From the IMG/VR virus record IMGVR_UViG_3300042391_000580: 64,000 nucleotides of DNA, one strand, 5' to 3'. This document shows positions 17,204-27,189 of this stretch, one piece after another. The DNA comes from a virus. Lineage: Duplodnaviria; Heunggongvirae; Uroviricota; Caudoviricetes. A model generated the notes under the pieces. The model was not told where the DNA came from, did not search any database, and saw only the letters and a list, made by a program, of their open reading frames with translations. How positions within the stretch are numbered: position 1 is the first letter of the stretch; the number at the start of each line of letters is the position of its first letter. The position numbers and the translations under genes were made by a program.

Positions 17204-17449
17204 ATGAGAGGTACAATCAGAAAAGACCAAGACGGTTGGTCAGTAGTATACTTCGTAACAGCTGAGGATTGTGATGCAGTAGCTAGAGTAGAGATGAAGC
17301 TACATAAGGAAGATCATGAGCATGTAAAACATGGAGATTTAGTAGACTTTGAAGCAGTAAAAGTTGGTAAAAAACTTGTAGCTAAGCTAGAAAGAGTGAC
17401 TACTCACAAAAGAGAAATAAACGATCATTTAAAACAAGTAGTACTATGA
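17204..17449 (+). CDS. hypothetical protein
   Basis: ORF track; ATGA overlap with kinase gene. Confidence 0.4.
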   Translation: MRGTIRKDQDGWSVVYFVTAEDCDAVARVEMKLHKEDHEHVKHGDLVDFEAVKVGKKLVAKLERVTTHKREINDHLKQVVL

Positions 17450-18144
17450 TTATAGGTTTGTCAGGCCGTATGGGCAGCGGTAAAGATACCGTTGGTAAAA
17501 TTATACAATATCTTTTATGTAAGAATGTGGGGGATATTAGTCTAGAAGATGTGGTTTCGTGTAATGACCATGATTGGTGGTTAGATGAACAATCTAAATT
17601 TGAAATCAAGAAGTTTGCTGGTAAATTAAAAGCTGTTGGTAGCTTACTTACAGGGATACCTACAGAAAAGTTTGAAGACCAAGAGTTTAAAAAGACAGAC
17701 TTGCCAAATGAGTGGGTTTATATAGAAAATGGGTATGCTGCTAGAAATATGACAGTTCGTGATTTCTTACAGAAACTTGGTACAGAGGCAATGCGTAACG
17801 GCTTACATACAAATGTGTGGGTCAACGCTTTGTTTGCAGATTATAAAGAAGAGCTCGACCCCTATCATTTTAAATCTCATATAAACGAGTCTACATTAAA
17901 ATATCCAAATTGGATTTTGACAGACATGAGGTTTCCAAACGAACTAGAATCTGTTGTAGAAAGAAATGGTATTACTATTAGAGTAACAAGACCGGTTGAA
18001 AAAAGCAAAACAACTGCTAGATTACACCCCTCGGAAACATCTCTTGATAAAGCTGAGTTTGATTATGAGATTGTAAACGATGGCACTATCAAAGAGTTAG
18101 CAGAAAAGGTGCAAATAATTTTAATAAAAGAAGGCATACTATGA
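17446..18144 (+). CDS. deoxynucleoside monophosphate kinase (T4 gp1-like)
   Basis: N-terminus MIIGLSGRMGSGKDTVGKII parallels T4 gp1 MKLIFLSGVKRSGKDTTA P-loop. Confidence 0.6.
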   Translation: MIIGLSGRMGSGKDTVGKIIQYLLCKNVGDISLEDVVSCNDHDWWLDEQSKFEIKKFAGKLKAVGSLLTGIPTEKFEDQEFKKTDLPNEWVYIENGYAARNMTVRDFLQKLGTEAMRNGLHTNVWVNALFADYKEELDPYHFKSHINESTLKYPNWILTDMRFPNELESVVERNGITIRVTRPVEKSKTTARLHPSETSLDKAEFDYEIVNDGTIKELAEKVQIILIKEGIL

Positions 18145-18515
18145 ACCCAAGATTTGAACCAAAACACATATTAGCTATAGATTTCGATCTAACTATATGT
18201 ATGAGTGATTACCCAAAACTTGGCCCAATGAGAAGAGGTGCCAAAGAAGCAATAACAAAGCTTTATAATGATGGGTTTGGTATTGTGATTAACACATGTA
18301 GAGATGGTCACCCTTTGTCTGATGCAATGCATTGGTTAAAAGATAACGACATTCCTTACCATTATGTTAATTGTAATTTTCCACACTTAATCGAGCACTA
18401 CAAAGCTGATTGTCGTAAGATTTCAGCAGATATGTACATAGATGATAAGGGGGTAGAGGACCTACCGTCTTGGACTAAAATTTATAAAATAATAACAAAC
18501 AAATTTAAAATATGA
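18141..18515 (+). CDS. HAD-superfamily small hydrolase (nucleotidase-like)
   Basis: ILAIDFDLTIC (DxD nucleophile motif) and later GIVINTCRD. Confidence 0.5.
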   Translation: MNPRFEPKHILAIDFDLTICMSDYPKLGPMRRGAKEAITKLYNDGFGIVINTCRDGHPLSDAMHWLKDNDIPYHYVNCNFPHLIEHYKADCRKISADMYIDDKGVEDLPSWTKIYKIITNKFKI

Positions 18516-18814
18516 AAAGTTACGGTGAATTAGAGGCTCTTGTTATAGCATGGGCGGCACAAAAAGGCATTTTAGAAAAAGCTACGCCAATGGCTCAAGC
18601 ACTAAAAACATTAGAAGAATGTACAGAATTATGTACAGCAATCAACAATAATGACCGTCCTGAGATCATTGATGCTTTGGGTGACATTCTAGTAACAATC
18701 ATTATCCAAGCAGAGATGCAAGGCATGAGTCTTAGAAACTGTTTAGAGAGTGCATACAATGTAATTTCTCAGCGTACCGGTAGAATGGAGAATGGCCAAT
18801 TTGTAAAAGATTAA
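18512..18814 (+). CDS. MazG-like nucleoside triphosphate pyrophosphohydrolase
   Basis: LEECTELCTAI and DALGDILVTI, the two EExxE/D-type helices of all-alpha NTP-PPases. Confidence 0.6.
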   Translation: MKSYGELEALVIAWAAQKGILEKATPMAQALKTLEECTELCTAINNNDRPEIIDALGDILVTIIIQAEMQGMSLRNCLESAYNVISQRTGRMENGQFVKD

Positions 18815-18832
18815 AATTAAATAAGATTTAAT

Positions 18833-18863
18833 TAGGTTTATTAAGAAATACTTTGTACCTTTG
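18833..18863 (+). promoter_or_regulatory. promoter-like -7 element TACCTTTGCA (weak -33)
   Basis: TACCTTTG 18856-18863; no TTG at -23. Confidence 0.35.
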
Positions 18864-18984
18864 CACAATGATAAAAACTGTAAGAAGATTGGTGTATATT
18901 ATGATGTTAATTACCCCTTATTTATTGATAATAGCCGCTGAGCTTTATCTATTGTTGTTAGTAATAAGTAAACTATTTTAGTAA

Positions 18985-19572
18985 ATGTATATAAACTTTG
19001 AAATCGCAAAGAAGAGAGGATTGTCTCCCACAGATGTTGTAAATCTACAGCTTATCTCACAAAACAAATTAGAGAGTTTGTGGGAGATTATTACAGAAAC
19101 TATAACTCTAGGTACTTTAGATAGATACCAAACTTTAGAGTACATTACCTTAGTAAAAGCAAAGAACAAAAGTGATACTATTCAGAATCGTGTTAGGCTT
19201 ACACCTAAAGGCAATGAGTTACTAGAAGAGCTGCAAGTCCCTATGATAGATGAAGACGACTTAAAGTTATATGACTGGTTAGAGTCTGTATATAAGGCAG
19301 AGAATAAAGAAATAGGTAATAGAAAAAAGACAAAGTTGTTTATAGCTCTATTTAGAGTTAACTCTGGTATTGATAGAAATAAACTAGCTTACTTATGTAA
19401 AGTGTTTATGAATGATGCTAGTCAGTTTGAGTGGTCTAAAGTTTTAGAATACCTTTTCTTTAAGCCGGCCAATCTTTATAGTACCAAGTTCGATATTGAG
19501 CAATCAAGATTGTATAGATACTACTTGAAGTATCAAGATATGTTTGATAATAAATTTAAAACCTTAGAATAA
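18985..19572 (+). CDS. hypothetical protein (195 aa), precedes helicase
   Basis: ORF track. Confidence 0.45.
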   Translation: MYINFEIAKKRGLSPTDVVNLQLISQNKLESLWEIITETITLGTLDRYQTLEYITLVKAKNKSDTIQNRVRLTPKGNELLEELQVPMIDEDDLKLYDWLESVYKAENKEIGNRKKTKLFIALFRVNSGIDRNKLAYLCKVFMNDASQFEWSKVLEYLFFKPANLYSTKFDIEQSRLYRYYLKYQDMFDNKFKTLE

Positions 19573-19573
19573 A

Positions 19574-20719
19574 ATGCAAATACAAAAATTTAGAGACCTT
19601 ACTAAAAAAGCTTTCCAAGAGATTAAGCAGTACCAAATTGGTAACAAAGGTATTATAAAAACAGGACTTCCTTATTTTGATGATGTCTTTCCTGTAGTTA
19701 ATGGCTCAGTAATTGTATTTTCAGCAGGTTCCGGTATTGGTAAAAGTTACACATTGGCCAAAATGGTTGATAATATCTTAAGTAAAGAGTTAAACCCTAC
19801 AGCTGATAACTTTGTAGTACTTAATATATCTTTAGAGATGAGAGTTCTTAGTTTAGTCCTTCGTGGTATGGCTAAGAATATAAAGTCTAAATCTAAAAAA
19901 GAAATCTTATTACAAGAGTTTACAGAAGAAGAGAAGTTACAAGCTAAATCTTACTTTGAATCTTTACAAGATGATAGAGTTAGTATCTCACAAGTTCCGA
20001 CTACACCAAATAAGTTTTATGAAGGTTGTAAAGAGTTCTTAGAGATGAACAAAGATAAAGATTCAGTTATTATTACTGTCGATCACTTAGCATTGATTTC
20101 TGGAGATTCTGGAGAAGGTAGAAATACTATTATTGAAAAGTTTATAGAAAGGGTTAATGATTTAAAGATGGAGTACGAAAATGTTATTTTTATACTGTTG
20201 TCTCAAACAAACTCAGAGATGATTAAAAGAGCTAAAGATAAAGATATTATGGCTCAACCTCAACCCTCAGATTTGTACTACTCTCAGTTTACTTTCCAAG
20301 TTGCAGACTTTGTAGCCGTAATGACTAACCCAACCAGGCTTGGTATCAAAGAATACAGCAAGATTGATCCGGATAGGTATCCAAATTTAGAGAAGTTCTT
20401 CTTGGAAGAGGATCTAAAAGGTAGAGTTTCTTTAGAGCCATTTGGTGTAAATTATGTGCACTTACTAAAATGTAGAGAGGCCGATGGTTTATACTTAGAT
20501 ATTTATGCTGAAGAATTACCTATTCCTGATGTGGAGAATATCAGAAAGAGTAGAAAGAAAGAATCTATTTCAGTAAGTAATCTTAGTGCACCGGTCTTTG
20601 GTAAAACAGAAACTATAGCTGTTGATGCACCCCCACCACCTCCACCATTAGGTAAAATAGAGGATGCATTTGACCCTATAGTTTTAGCAGATGAAGAAGA
20701 CGATGATGCACCATTTTAA
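19574..20719 (+). CDS. SF4 DnaB/T7-gp4-like replicative helicase with poly-Pro linker and acidic C-terminal tail ending in Phe
   Basis: Walker A FSAGSGIGKSY, H2 IITVDHLALI; C-terminus PPPPPPPLG...EEDDDAPF. Confidence 0.65.
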   Translation: MQIQKFRDLTKKAFQEIKQYQIGNKGIIKTGLPYFDDVFPVVNGSVIVFSAGSGIGKSYTLAKMVDNILSKELNPTADNFVVLNISLEMRVLSLVLRGMAKNIKSKSKKEILLQEFTEEEKLQAKSYFESLQDDRVSISQVPTTPNKFYEGCKEFLEMNKDKDSVIITVDHLALISGDSGEGRNTIIEKFIERVNDLKMEYENVIFILLSQTNSEMIKRAKDKDIMAQPQPSDLYYSQFTFQVADFVAVMTNPTRLGIKEYSKIDPDRYPNLEKFFLEEDLKGRVSLEPFGVNYVHLLKCREADGLYLDIYAEELPIPDVENIRKSRKKESISVSNLSAPVFGKTETIAVDAPPPPPPLGKIEDAFDPIVLADEEDDDAPF

Positions 20720-20727
20720 TTAGAACA

Positions 20728-20761
20728 ATCCTGACTATTTATTTAGTTGGGATTTTTTTTT
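20728..20761 (+). terminator. weak terminator-like hairpin + T9 after helicase gene
   Basis: ATCCTGACTA / TAGTTGGGAT (2 mismatches) then T9. Confidence 0.3.
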
Positions 20762-20781
20762 GAAAATAATTTGCAAAAAGC

Positions 20782-20812
20782 TTGCAGGAATAAAATCTTG
20801 TTCGTATCTTTG
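20782..20812 (+). promoter_or_regulatory. promoter GCTTGCAGGAATAAAA...TATCTTTGCA
   Basis: TTG 20782-20784, TATCTTTG 20805-20812. Confidence 0.55.
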
Positions 20813-20839
20813 CATAGAATTTAAAAACAAATAGAAATT

Positions 20840-21421
20840 ATGATTAAAAAAATGTTATTAGGATTGACTATTTTAGTTAGTGTAGGGATGTCAAAATCAC
20901 CACAAAATATGACTATAGTTATACAACCTTTCGAAGGTATGCCTAAAGAAGAAGTAGAGTATGTAACAAGGGAAGTTAAAAAGATATACCCCTATGTAAC
21001 AGTTATGAAAGAAACCCCCTTACAGAAAAAGTTTATGAACTCTACCAAAACTAGGTATAGAGCAGACCTTTTGATAAAGGATCTTAACTTAAAGGCTAAA
21101 GAGGGTACTTGTGTTATAGGGTTAACAAACAAAGATATAAGCACCACTAAAGGTAAATACGCAGATTGGGGTGTTATGGGACTAGGTTATTGCCCAGGAA
21201 ATGCTTGTGTAATATCGAATTACCGAGTCAAGGGCACAGATAGACTAGATAAACTGTATAAACTATCAATACACGAATTAGGGCATACACAAGGACTACC
21301 GCACTGCCCATCAAAAGGTTGCATAATGCAAGATGCTAAGGGTAAAGATAATTTTAGTAAAGAATACGGATTTTGTAAAAAGTGCACTAAACATTTAAGA
21401 AATAGAAATTGGAAAATATGA
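20840..21421 (+). CDS. archaemetzincin-like zinc metalloprotease with signal peptide
   Basis: HELGHTQGLPHCPSKGCIMQ = HExxHxxGxxHC...C motif of archaemetzincins; N-terminal MIKKMLLGLTILVSVGMS. Confidence 0.6.
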   Translation: MIKKMLLGLTILVSVGMSKSPQNMTIVIQPFEGMPKEEVEYVTREVKKIYPYVTVMKETPLQKKFMNSTKTRYRADLLIKDLNLKAKEGTCVIGLTNKDISTTKGKYADWGVMGLGYCPGNACVISNYRVKGTDRLDKLYKLSIHELGHTQGLPHCPSKGCIMQDAKGKDNFSKEYGFCKKCTKHLRNRNWKI

Positions 21422-21690
21422 GACATGAATGCAGAGTTATCCCAAAAGAAGAAATAATGGCAAACAGATGTAGTGCTTATGAGTTTATAGATTTTGATAA
21501 TCTTGGACCAGAGACAGAGGTAAAAAGCGTATTCAACTATTTTAGAAAAGACTTTACAGAAATGTACCCTACAGAGGGTGCCGAAAAAACATTAGTTAGA
21601 CCTACAGATGTGTATTGTAGACTAACTCTAGCTTTAAATAAAAAGCTTGGTATACACAAAATTAATAAATCCTGGAAAAATAAAAAGTGA
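21409..21690 (+). CDS. hypothetical protein
   Basis: ORF track. Confidence 0.4.
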   Translation: MENMRHECRVIPKEEIMANRCSAYEFIDFDNLGPETEVKSVFNYFRKDFTEMYPTEGAEKTLVRPTDVYCRLTLALNKKLGIHKINKSWKNKK

Positions 21691-22058
21691 TGCAGTACAA
21701 AGATATAAACGAAGAAGTAGAGAACTGGAAAAACTCTTGGCAACAAAACCACTACATGGCTAAACTGACAGAAAAGCAAAGGGAAAAAGATTTCAGAGAA
21801 GGTTACATGAGAGGTTTTGAAATAGCTACAAAAATATCGGAAAAGAAAAACCTAGATATGATATTGAAAAGCATAGACACAGGTTTGCTAAATGAAATGG
21901 TTGCCTACGCAGAGAAAGATAAAGCAGAAGTAACACGAGTAGAGGTTATACAACACTCAGAGCCACACAATGGAAGAGCTTATACTAACTATAATGCTAA
22001 AGATGTTGAGGTACAATACCAAGATGGTGGTAAAACATTAAAAATATTTTGTAAGTAA
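21687..22058 (+). CDS. hypothetical protein
   Basis: ORF track; ATGA overlap with polymerase gene. Confidence 0.45.
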   Translation: MMQYKDINEEVENWKNSWQQNHYMAKLTEKQREKDFREGYMRGFEIATKISEKKNLDMILKSIDTGLLNEMVAYAEKDKAEVTRVEVIQHSEPHNGRAYTNYNAKDVEVQYQDGGKTLKIFCK

Positions 22059-24001
22059 TGAATTTAGATAAGATATACGTAATAGATGCAGAGTCAGATG
22101 GACTTGTAGATCAGTCTACAAAGATCTGGTGTATGGGTATAAGTTGGATGGACAAGTCTGGAAAGTGGAAAGTAAAATCTACTATTGACTATGATGATAT
22201 GCGTAACATCTTGACTAACCCTGACAATACATTAGTTTGTCATAACATAGTTAGATTTGACGTACCTTTATATGAAAAAATACTTGGGATAAAGGTTACA
22301 GCAAGTGTTATTGACTCTCTAGGTTTATCTTGGTACTTATACCCGGAAAGGGGCCAAAGAGACCATGGACTAGCTTCTTGGGGGGAAGAGTTTGGAGTAC
22401 CAAAACCAAAGATTGATAACTGGGAAAATCTTTCTATAGAAGAGTACAGAAATAGGGTAGAAGAGGATGTTAAGATTAACACAAACCTATGGGTAAAACA
22501 ATACAAGTATTTAAAAAAGATATATGATGACCCTAGAGATATAGTAAGAATCATAAGCTACTTGAACTTTAAACTAACTTGTCTAAAGATTCAAGAAGAA
22601 GATAAAATTCTGATTGATGTAGAACAATGTCAAAAAAACTTAGATTACTTACAAGGTATCGAGAATGAAAAGAAAGTATTACTAGAGGCTGCTATGCCAA
22701 AGTTACCAATAATAAAAACTTTGACTAAGCCAAAAGTTATGTATAAAAAAGACGGTAGTTTGAGTGTAGCTGGTAATAGATGGTTAGAGTTACTAGAGCA
22801 TAATGGAGTAAGAGAAGACTTTGAAGGAGAATTAAACGTTACTACTGGTTACGATGAGCCAAATGCCGGAAGTCCTACCCAAGTAAAAGACTGGTTGATG
22901 AAACTTGGTTGGAAGCCTTTACTGTTTGAAGAAGGTCGTAATGGTAAGGTGCCGCAAGTTCGTGATAAAGAAAAGATGTTGTGTAAGAGTGTACTGGCTC
23001 TTAGAGATAAGGAGCCGGCTATCGAACACTTAGATGGTTTATCTGTAGTTACTCACAGAGCAGGTTATTTGAAAGGTTTCTTAGAACGTGCTGATGAGAA
23101 TGGTTATGCTGTGGCTTATGCACATGGGTTTACAAAAACTTTAAGATTAAAACATGCAAAGCCATTTGTGAACTTACCTAAACCGACAGCCCCATATGGA
23201 GAGTACATCAGAAGTGTTATAATAGCACCTAAAGGCAGTATCTTGATTGGTTCCGATGTTAGTAGTTTGGAGGATAAAATGAAACAAATCTCTATCTACC
23301 CTTATGATCCTGGGTATGTTGAAGATATGAACAGACCGGGTTGGGATGCTCACCTAGATCTAGGTGTTAGAAGTGGTATTATATCACAAGAAGAGTCTGA
23401 CTTTTTTAGATGGTATAAAACTAAAGATAAAAAGAGAGAAGATTTACCTGAAATATTTAAAGTCTATAAAGACGAAGAATTATCTGAGCAATTTGAAAAG
23501 GTGAGTAAGAAAAGAGCAACTTCTAAAACTGGTAACTATGCTTTGACATATGGTTGTGGTGTACCTAAATTAAAAGAGTCAACAGGTCTTACAACAAAAG
23601 ATGCTAAGACTTTGTTTGATGGATATTGGGGCCGTAATTGGTCTGTTAAGAAGTATGCTGAGGATAGAGCAGTTAGGTTAGTAGATGGTAAGTCTTGGAT
23701 TTGGAACCCTATAACCAACTTTTACTACTTTTTGGCATCTGAGAAAGATAGATTTTCTGCTTGTAATCAGTCTGCCGGTGTTAGGGTGTTTGATGGTTAT
23801 GTTTATGAGATGATTAAACGTGGTGTTAGACCTATTTTTCAGGCTCATGATGAGGTTTTATTAAGAGTTAAAAATGAAGATGTGGATTCTACAATAGCGG
23901 CTCTTAAATCTTCTATAAATAAGGTAAATAAACAATACAATTTCCCAGTTGAAATTGAGATTGATATTCAAACAGGAGAGTCTTATGCAGCAGTGCATTA
24001 A
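22058..24001 (+). CDS. family A DNA polymerase (T7-like) with N-terminal 3'-5' exonuclease motif
   Basis: Exo I YVIDAESDG; motif A GSDVSSLEDKM; motif B RATSKTGNYALTYGCG; motif C QAHDEVLL. Confidence 0.85.
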   Translation: MNLDKIYVIDAESDGLVDQSTKIWCMGISWMDKSGKWKVKSTIDYDDMRNILTNPDNTLVCHNIVRFDVPLYEKILGIKVTASVIDSLGLSWYLYPERGQRDHGLASWGEEFGVPKPKIDNWENLSIEEYRNRVEEDVKINTNLWVKQYKYLKKIYDDPRDIVRIISYLNFKLTCLKIQEEDKILIDVEQCQKNLDYLQGIENEKKVLLEAAMPKLPIIKTLTKPKVMYKKDGSLSVAGNRWLELLEHNGVREDFEGELNVTTGYDEPNAGSPTQVKDWLMKLGWKPLLFEEGRNGKVPQVRDKEKMLCKSVLALRDKEPAIEHLDGLSVVTHRAGYLKGFLERADENGYAVAYAHGFTKTLRLKHAKPFVNLPKPTAPYGEYIRSVIIAPKGSILIGSDVSSLEDKMKQISIYPYDPGYVEDMNRPGWDAHLDLGVRSGIISQEESDFFRWYKTKDKKREDLPEIFKVYKDEELSEQFEKVSKKRATSKTGNYALTYGCGVPKLKESTGLTTKDAKTLFDGYWGRNWSVKKYAEDRAVRLVDGKSWIWNPITNFYYFLASEKDRFSACNQSAGVRVFDGYVYEMIKRGVRPIFQAHDEVLLRVKNEDVDSTIAALKSSINKVNKQYNFPVEIEIDIQTGESYAAVH

Positions 24002-24019
24002 AAATAAATCAGAAAAAGC

Positions 24020-24050
24020 TTGCGGCATTAAAATTAATGTTATATCTTTG
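24020..24050 (+). promoter_or_regulatory. promoter GCTTGCGGCATTAAAA...TATCTTTGCA
   Basis: TTG 24020-24022, TATCTTTG 24043-24050. Confidence 0.55.
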
Positions 24051-24069
24051 CAAAATAAAATTAGAAAAC

Positions 24070-24300
24070 ATGAGAACAGAAGAAATTAATTATTTTGGTG
24101 TAGAGATGACAGTAGAGGGTAATTACCATGCTGGAGAGTCTCAAGTAATGTATGACTCAGATATGGGTGGTCACCCTGGTAGTGGTCCTGAATTTGAATT
24201 GTATGATGTATTTGTTGGAGGTATTTCAATACTAAACTTATTATCGTATGAGCAATTAGCAGAAATTGAGTCTGAAGTAATAGAAAAAATAGAGGGATAA
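24070..24300 (+). CDS. hypothetical protein (76 aa; internal ATG downstream of promoter)
   Basis: track ORF 24037 start lies inside promoter -7 element; ATG 24070 in frame. Confidence 0.4.
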   Translation: MRTEEINYFGVEMTVEGNYHAGESQVMYDSDMGGHPGSGPEFELYDVFVGGISILNLLSYEQLAEIESEVIEKIEG

Positions 24301-24602
24301 TGGTAGCTATAACAAAAGAACAACAGATAATTTGGGATATTTATAGAGACCTATATAAAGCATCTACCCCAAAAGCTAACTTTGATACGTTAGTAGAAGA
24401 GGCTCCTACAAATAGCAGAGGTCAAAAAGATATTGGTTTTATGAACTATGAGATACCTGAGTCTTTGTTTAATGAGATATTAGACAAACATCTGAAGGGC
24501 CGTAGAATAACTAAAATAAAACAGCGTATGTTTCGTACTACAATATTGATGGGTTGCAGCCCTAAATTTAGTAAGAATGAGCCACAAATAGAAAAAAAAT
24601 GA
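24300..24602 (+). CDS. hypothetical protein
   Basis: ORF track. Confidence 0.45.
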   Translation: MVAITKEQQIIWDIYRDLYKASTPKANFDTLVEEAPTNSRGQKDIGFMNYEIPESLFNEILDKHLKGRRITKIKQRMFRTTILMGCSPKFSKNEPQIEKK

Positions 24603-24859
24603 GCTACAAATTAGTAAGAAAATCAGACGGATTGGTTAAAGAGTCTAGAGATGTTATATGGATTGAGTTCCATATAAATGGTACATTTAAAGAATCATTT
24701 GATGGACCAGTAGTTGGTAGGAGCTTATTAATGAGCCCTTTTAATGCCTTTTTTACTTGGCAAACTACGCCAATAACAAAGGTTATAAGAAAGACAAAGT
24801 ATACTGTTACATTTAAAACAGAAAATTCAGAGTATAAACTAACACTAAAAAAAGAATAA
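24599..24859 (+). CDS. hypothetical protein
   Basis: ORF track. Confidence 0.45.
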   Translation: MSYKLVRKSDGLVKESRDVIWIEFHINGTFKESFDGPVVGRSLLMSPFNAFFTWQTTPITKVIRKTKYTVTFKTENSEYKLTLKKE

Positions 24860-25158
24860 TGACAGAAGAAGAATCATTAGCACAAAGTTATTTATTAGAA
24901 GAAGATGACGAAAATGACAACTATAGCCCATATTGTCCAGTTTGTACTGGTTGTGGAGAGTCTGGTTGTTGTAGTCCTACTTATTGCGATCCGGACAATA
25001 TTAATTGTCAATACCCAAAGACGTATACCGAGGACCTTAAATTAGGTTATCGTACATTTGAAAGATTTTGGGATTTATTAGAAGAGAATCAATGGTTTGG
25101 TAAAAAAGAAGAATTTATGAAAATCTATGATGAACAATTAGATATTAGGTTTAAATAA
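24859..25158 (+). CDS. Cys-rich hypothetical protein (CPVCTGCGESGCCSPTYC)
   Basis: ORF track. Confidence 0.45.
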   Translation: MTEEESLAQSYLLEEDDENDNYSPYCPVCTGCGESGCCSPTYCDPDNINCQYPKTYTEDLKLGYRTFERFWDLLEENQWFGKKEEFMKIYDEQLDIRFK

Positions 25159-25159
25159 T

Positions 25160-25573
25160 ATGGAAGATAATAAAATAATAGTTCATAGCCAAGTTACTTG
25201 TCTAGAATGTAAAGAGGTTTTGATTAGTCAACATAGGCATGATTTTAAAACATGTAGTTGCCCAAATGAAACTATGATTGATGGTGGTAGTGCTTATGTA
25301 AGATTTGGTGGAAAAGATTTATCAAAAGTTGAAACTTTTACAGTATTTGATACTGACGACTTTAAATTTGTTCGTAGATATGCTTCTCGTGGTGGTCGTG
25401 GAGTTGATGGTAGAGAGCCCTTGACTTGGACTAAGTTATGTGATATGAATGATGAGTGGTTACAAGCTGTATTAATCTATTATCCTGAAGGTACAGATAA
25501 CGACCATTTAAAACTTATAAGAAAAGAAATTGAATACCGTAAAGAAACTAGACACAATGGAAAAAACGTATAA
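25160..25573 (+). CDS. hypothetical protein with CxxC...C.C motifs
   Basis: ORF track. Confidence 0.45.
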   Translation: MEDNKIIVHSQVTCLECKEVLISQHRHDFKTCSCPNETMIDGGSAYVRFGGKDLSKVETFTVFDTDDFKFVRRYASRGGRGVDGREPLTWTKLCDMNDEWLQAVLIYYPEGTDNDHLKLIRKEIEYRKETRHNGKNV

Positions 25574-26009
25574 AAAAGTAGGTAAAAGATATGTTGAGAT
25601 AGAGCAAAGGGTATCTTTAAATCAAGAGCTTGTATTAGGTTGTGCCTTTAGATATGCACTAGGTAGAGCTACTTATGTAGTTGGGGCCGTTTGTGAAGAA
25701 CTTGTAAGGCTTGAGCCAATTCTAGGTGATAATTTTAAATCTAGGATAGCTAAAGAAATTCAAGAGTATCAAGACGAACATGGTAAGGCCGGTTGGGATT
25801 TTGATAATGATGAATGGAACTATGTAAAATGGTTTTATACCCCTAGCAGAAGATTTATCTTAGAAGCTAACTTTTACAAAACTGATGATTGGGAAGAAGT
25901 TGAGGCTTTTAGGAGTGATGAGTTAACAGAAGATGGAGAGCACATATACTACCCAGTAGGTAATAAAAATGGTTACTACCATACAGTAAGAAACGTAAGA
26001 AATAAATAA
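25557..26009 (+). CDS. hypothetical protein (150 aa; internal ATG of track ORF 25530)
   Basis: MEKTYKKVGK start gives 17-nt overlap instead of 44. Confidence 0.45.
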   Translation: MEKTYKKVGKRYVEIEQRVSLNQELVLGCAFRYALGRATYVVGAVCEELVRLEPILGDNFKSRIAKEIQEYQDEHGKAGWDFDNDEWNYVKWFYTPSRRFILEANFYKTDDWEEVEAFRSDELTEDGEHIYYPVGNKNGYYHTVRNVRNK

Positions 26010-26905
26010 TGACAAACATATCCTTTTTTTATTACCCGGCAGATGTAACAATACCTAAACCTTTAGGTAAAGTAAACTTTAAGCAATTTTTACGAGCTAA
26101 CAAGAACCCAAGTTCTGATATTAGTGGTATTTTTGATTTAATTTCTGCTGCTACTATTGTGGGGGATATGGGGCTAAAACATGAGCTTAAGTCAAAACTC
26201 TATTACTTTACACCTTGTGTACAAACAGATGGTAATGGTCGTTGTTATGCAAATATAACTGGGTTTACTGGGCTAATGGTTCTAGACTTTGATAAGTTAC
26301 CGGATGCACCAGCCTTTAAGCAGTTTTTGTTTGATGCTGTGCCTAGTATAGTTGCAGCTTATTTGTCACCTAGTAAAAAAGGATGTAAGTTTATTGTTAA
26401 AATACCTGTGTGTAAAACTACAGACGAGTTCAAAAGTTACTTCTATGGTATGGCATATTTTTTAGATAAGTATGAAGGCTTTGACCCCTCTACCCAAAAC
26501 TGTATCTTACCTTTGTACTTGTCAATTGACCCTGATTTATTGTATAGAGATAATCCAGAGACTTGGGCTAAAAGAGGTACTAAGATAGATGAATTTAAGC
26601 CTTATGTTGGAGAGATAGAAGTCTTAGAAAATGTTAGCGAAAAAGACAAGAATAAGGTTAAAACTATGTTAACAAGGTCTATGGAAAAAATTGTAGACTC
26701 TGGCCACTATATTGTGAGATCAACAGCTTTATGTGCTGGAGGTTATGTAGCAAGTGGTTATTTAACAAGAGAAGAGGCAGAAGACTTGCTTTTCGGTCTA
26801 ATAGAGGACAACAGTTACTTACAAAAAAATGTAAGAGGTTACAAAATGACCACAAAAGAAATGATAACAAAGGGTATGACAGGCCCATTATATTTAAAAG
26901 AGTAA
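26009..26905 (+). CDS. hypothetical protein (298 aa); possible primase-polymerase-like (LMVLDFDKL DxD)
   Basis: only a DxD motif; a primase is otherwise missing from the replication set. Confidence 0.4.
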   Translation: MTNISFFYYPADVTIPKPLGKVNFKQFLRANKNPSSDISGIFDLISAATIVGDMGLKHELKSKLYYFTPCVQTDGNGRCYANITGFTGLMVLDFDKLPDAPAFKQFLFDAVPSIVAAYLSPSKKGCKFIVKIPVCKTTDEFKSYFYGMAYFLDKYEGFDPSTQNCILPLYLSIDPDLLYRDNPETWAKRGTKIDEFKPYVGEIEVLENVSEKDKNKVKTMLTRSMEKIVDSGHYIVRSTALCAGGYVASGYLTREEAEDLLFGLIEDNSYLQKNVRGYKMTTKEMITKGMTGPLYLKE

Positions 26906-27125
26906 TATATGAGAAAAAATAATTTTATATTTGATTGTTTACTATTTCAAAGCAAAGATAGATTACATATCTTTTTAGGCATTTGGGTATGGTTGCAATT
27001 TATAATTGGGGTGCTTGAAATACTTATAAGCCATGAATAAAAAAGATTTTTACAGAAAAGATTATTTAACATACAAAAAAAAGTACAATCTTTTATGTAA
27101 TATGGAGCCAATAAATTTAATTTGT

Positions 27126-27156
27126 TTGGAAAAACCGAATATTAGTAGTACTTTTG
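27126..27156 (+). promoter_or_regulatory. promoter TTG-N20-TACTTTTGCA
   Basis: TTG 27126-27128, TACTTTTG 27149-27156. Confidence 0.5.
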
Positions 27157-27189
27157 CAAAACAAATAGTAATAACCGAAATAAAAAAGA

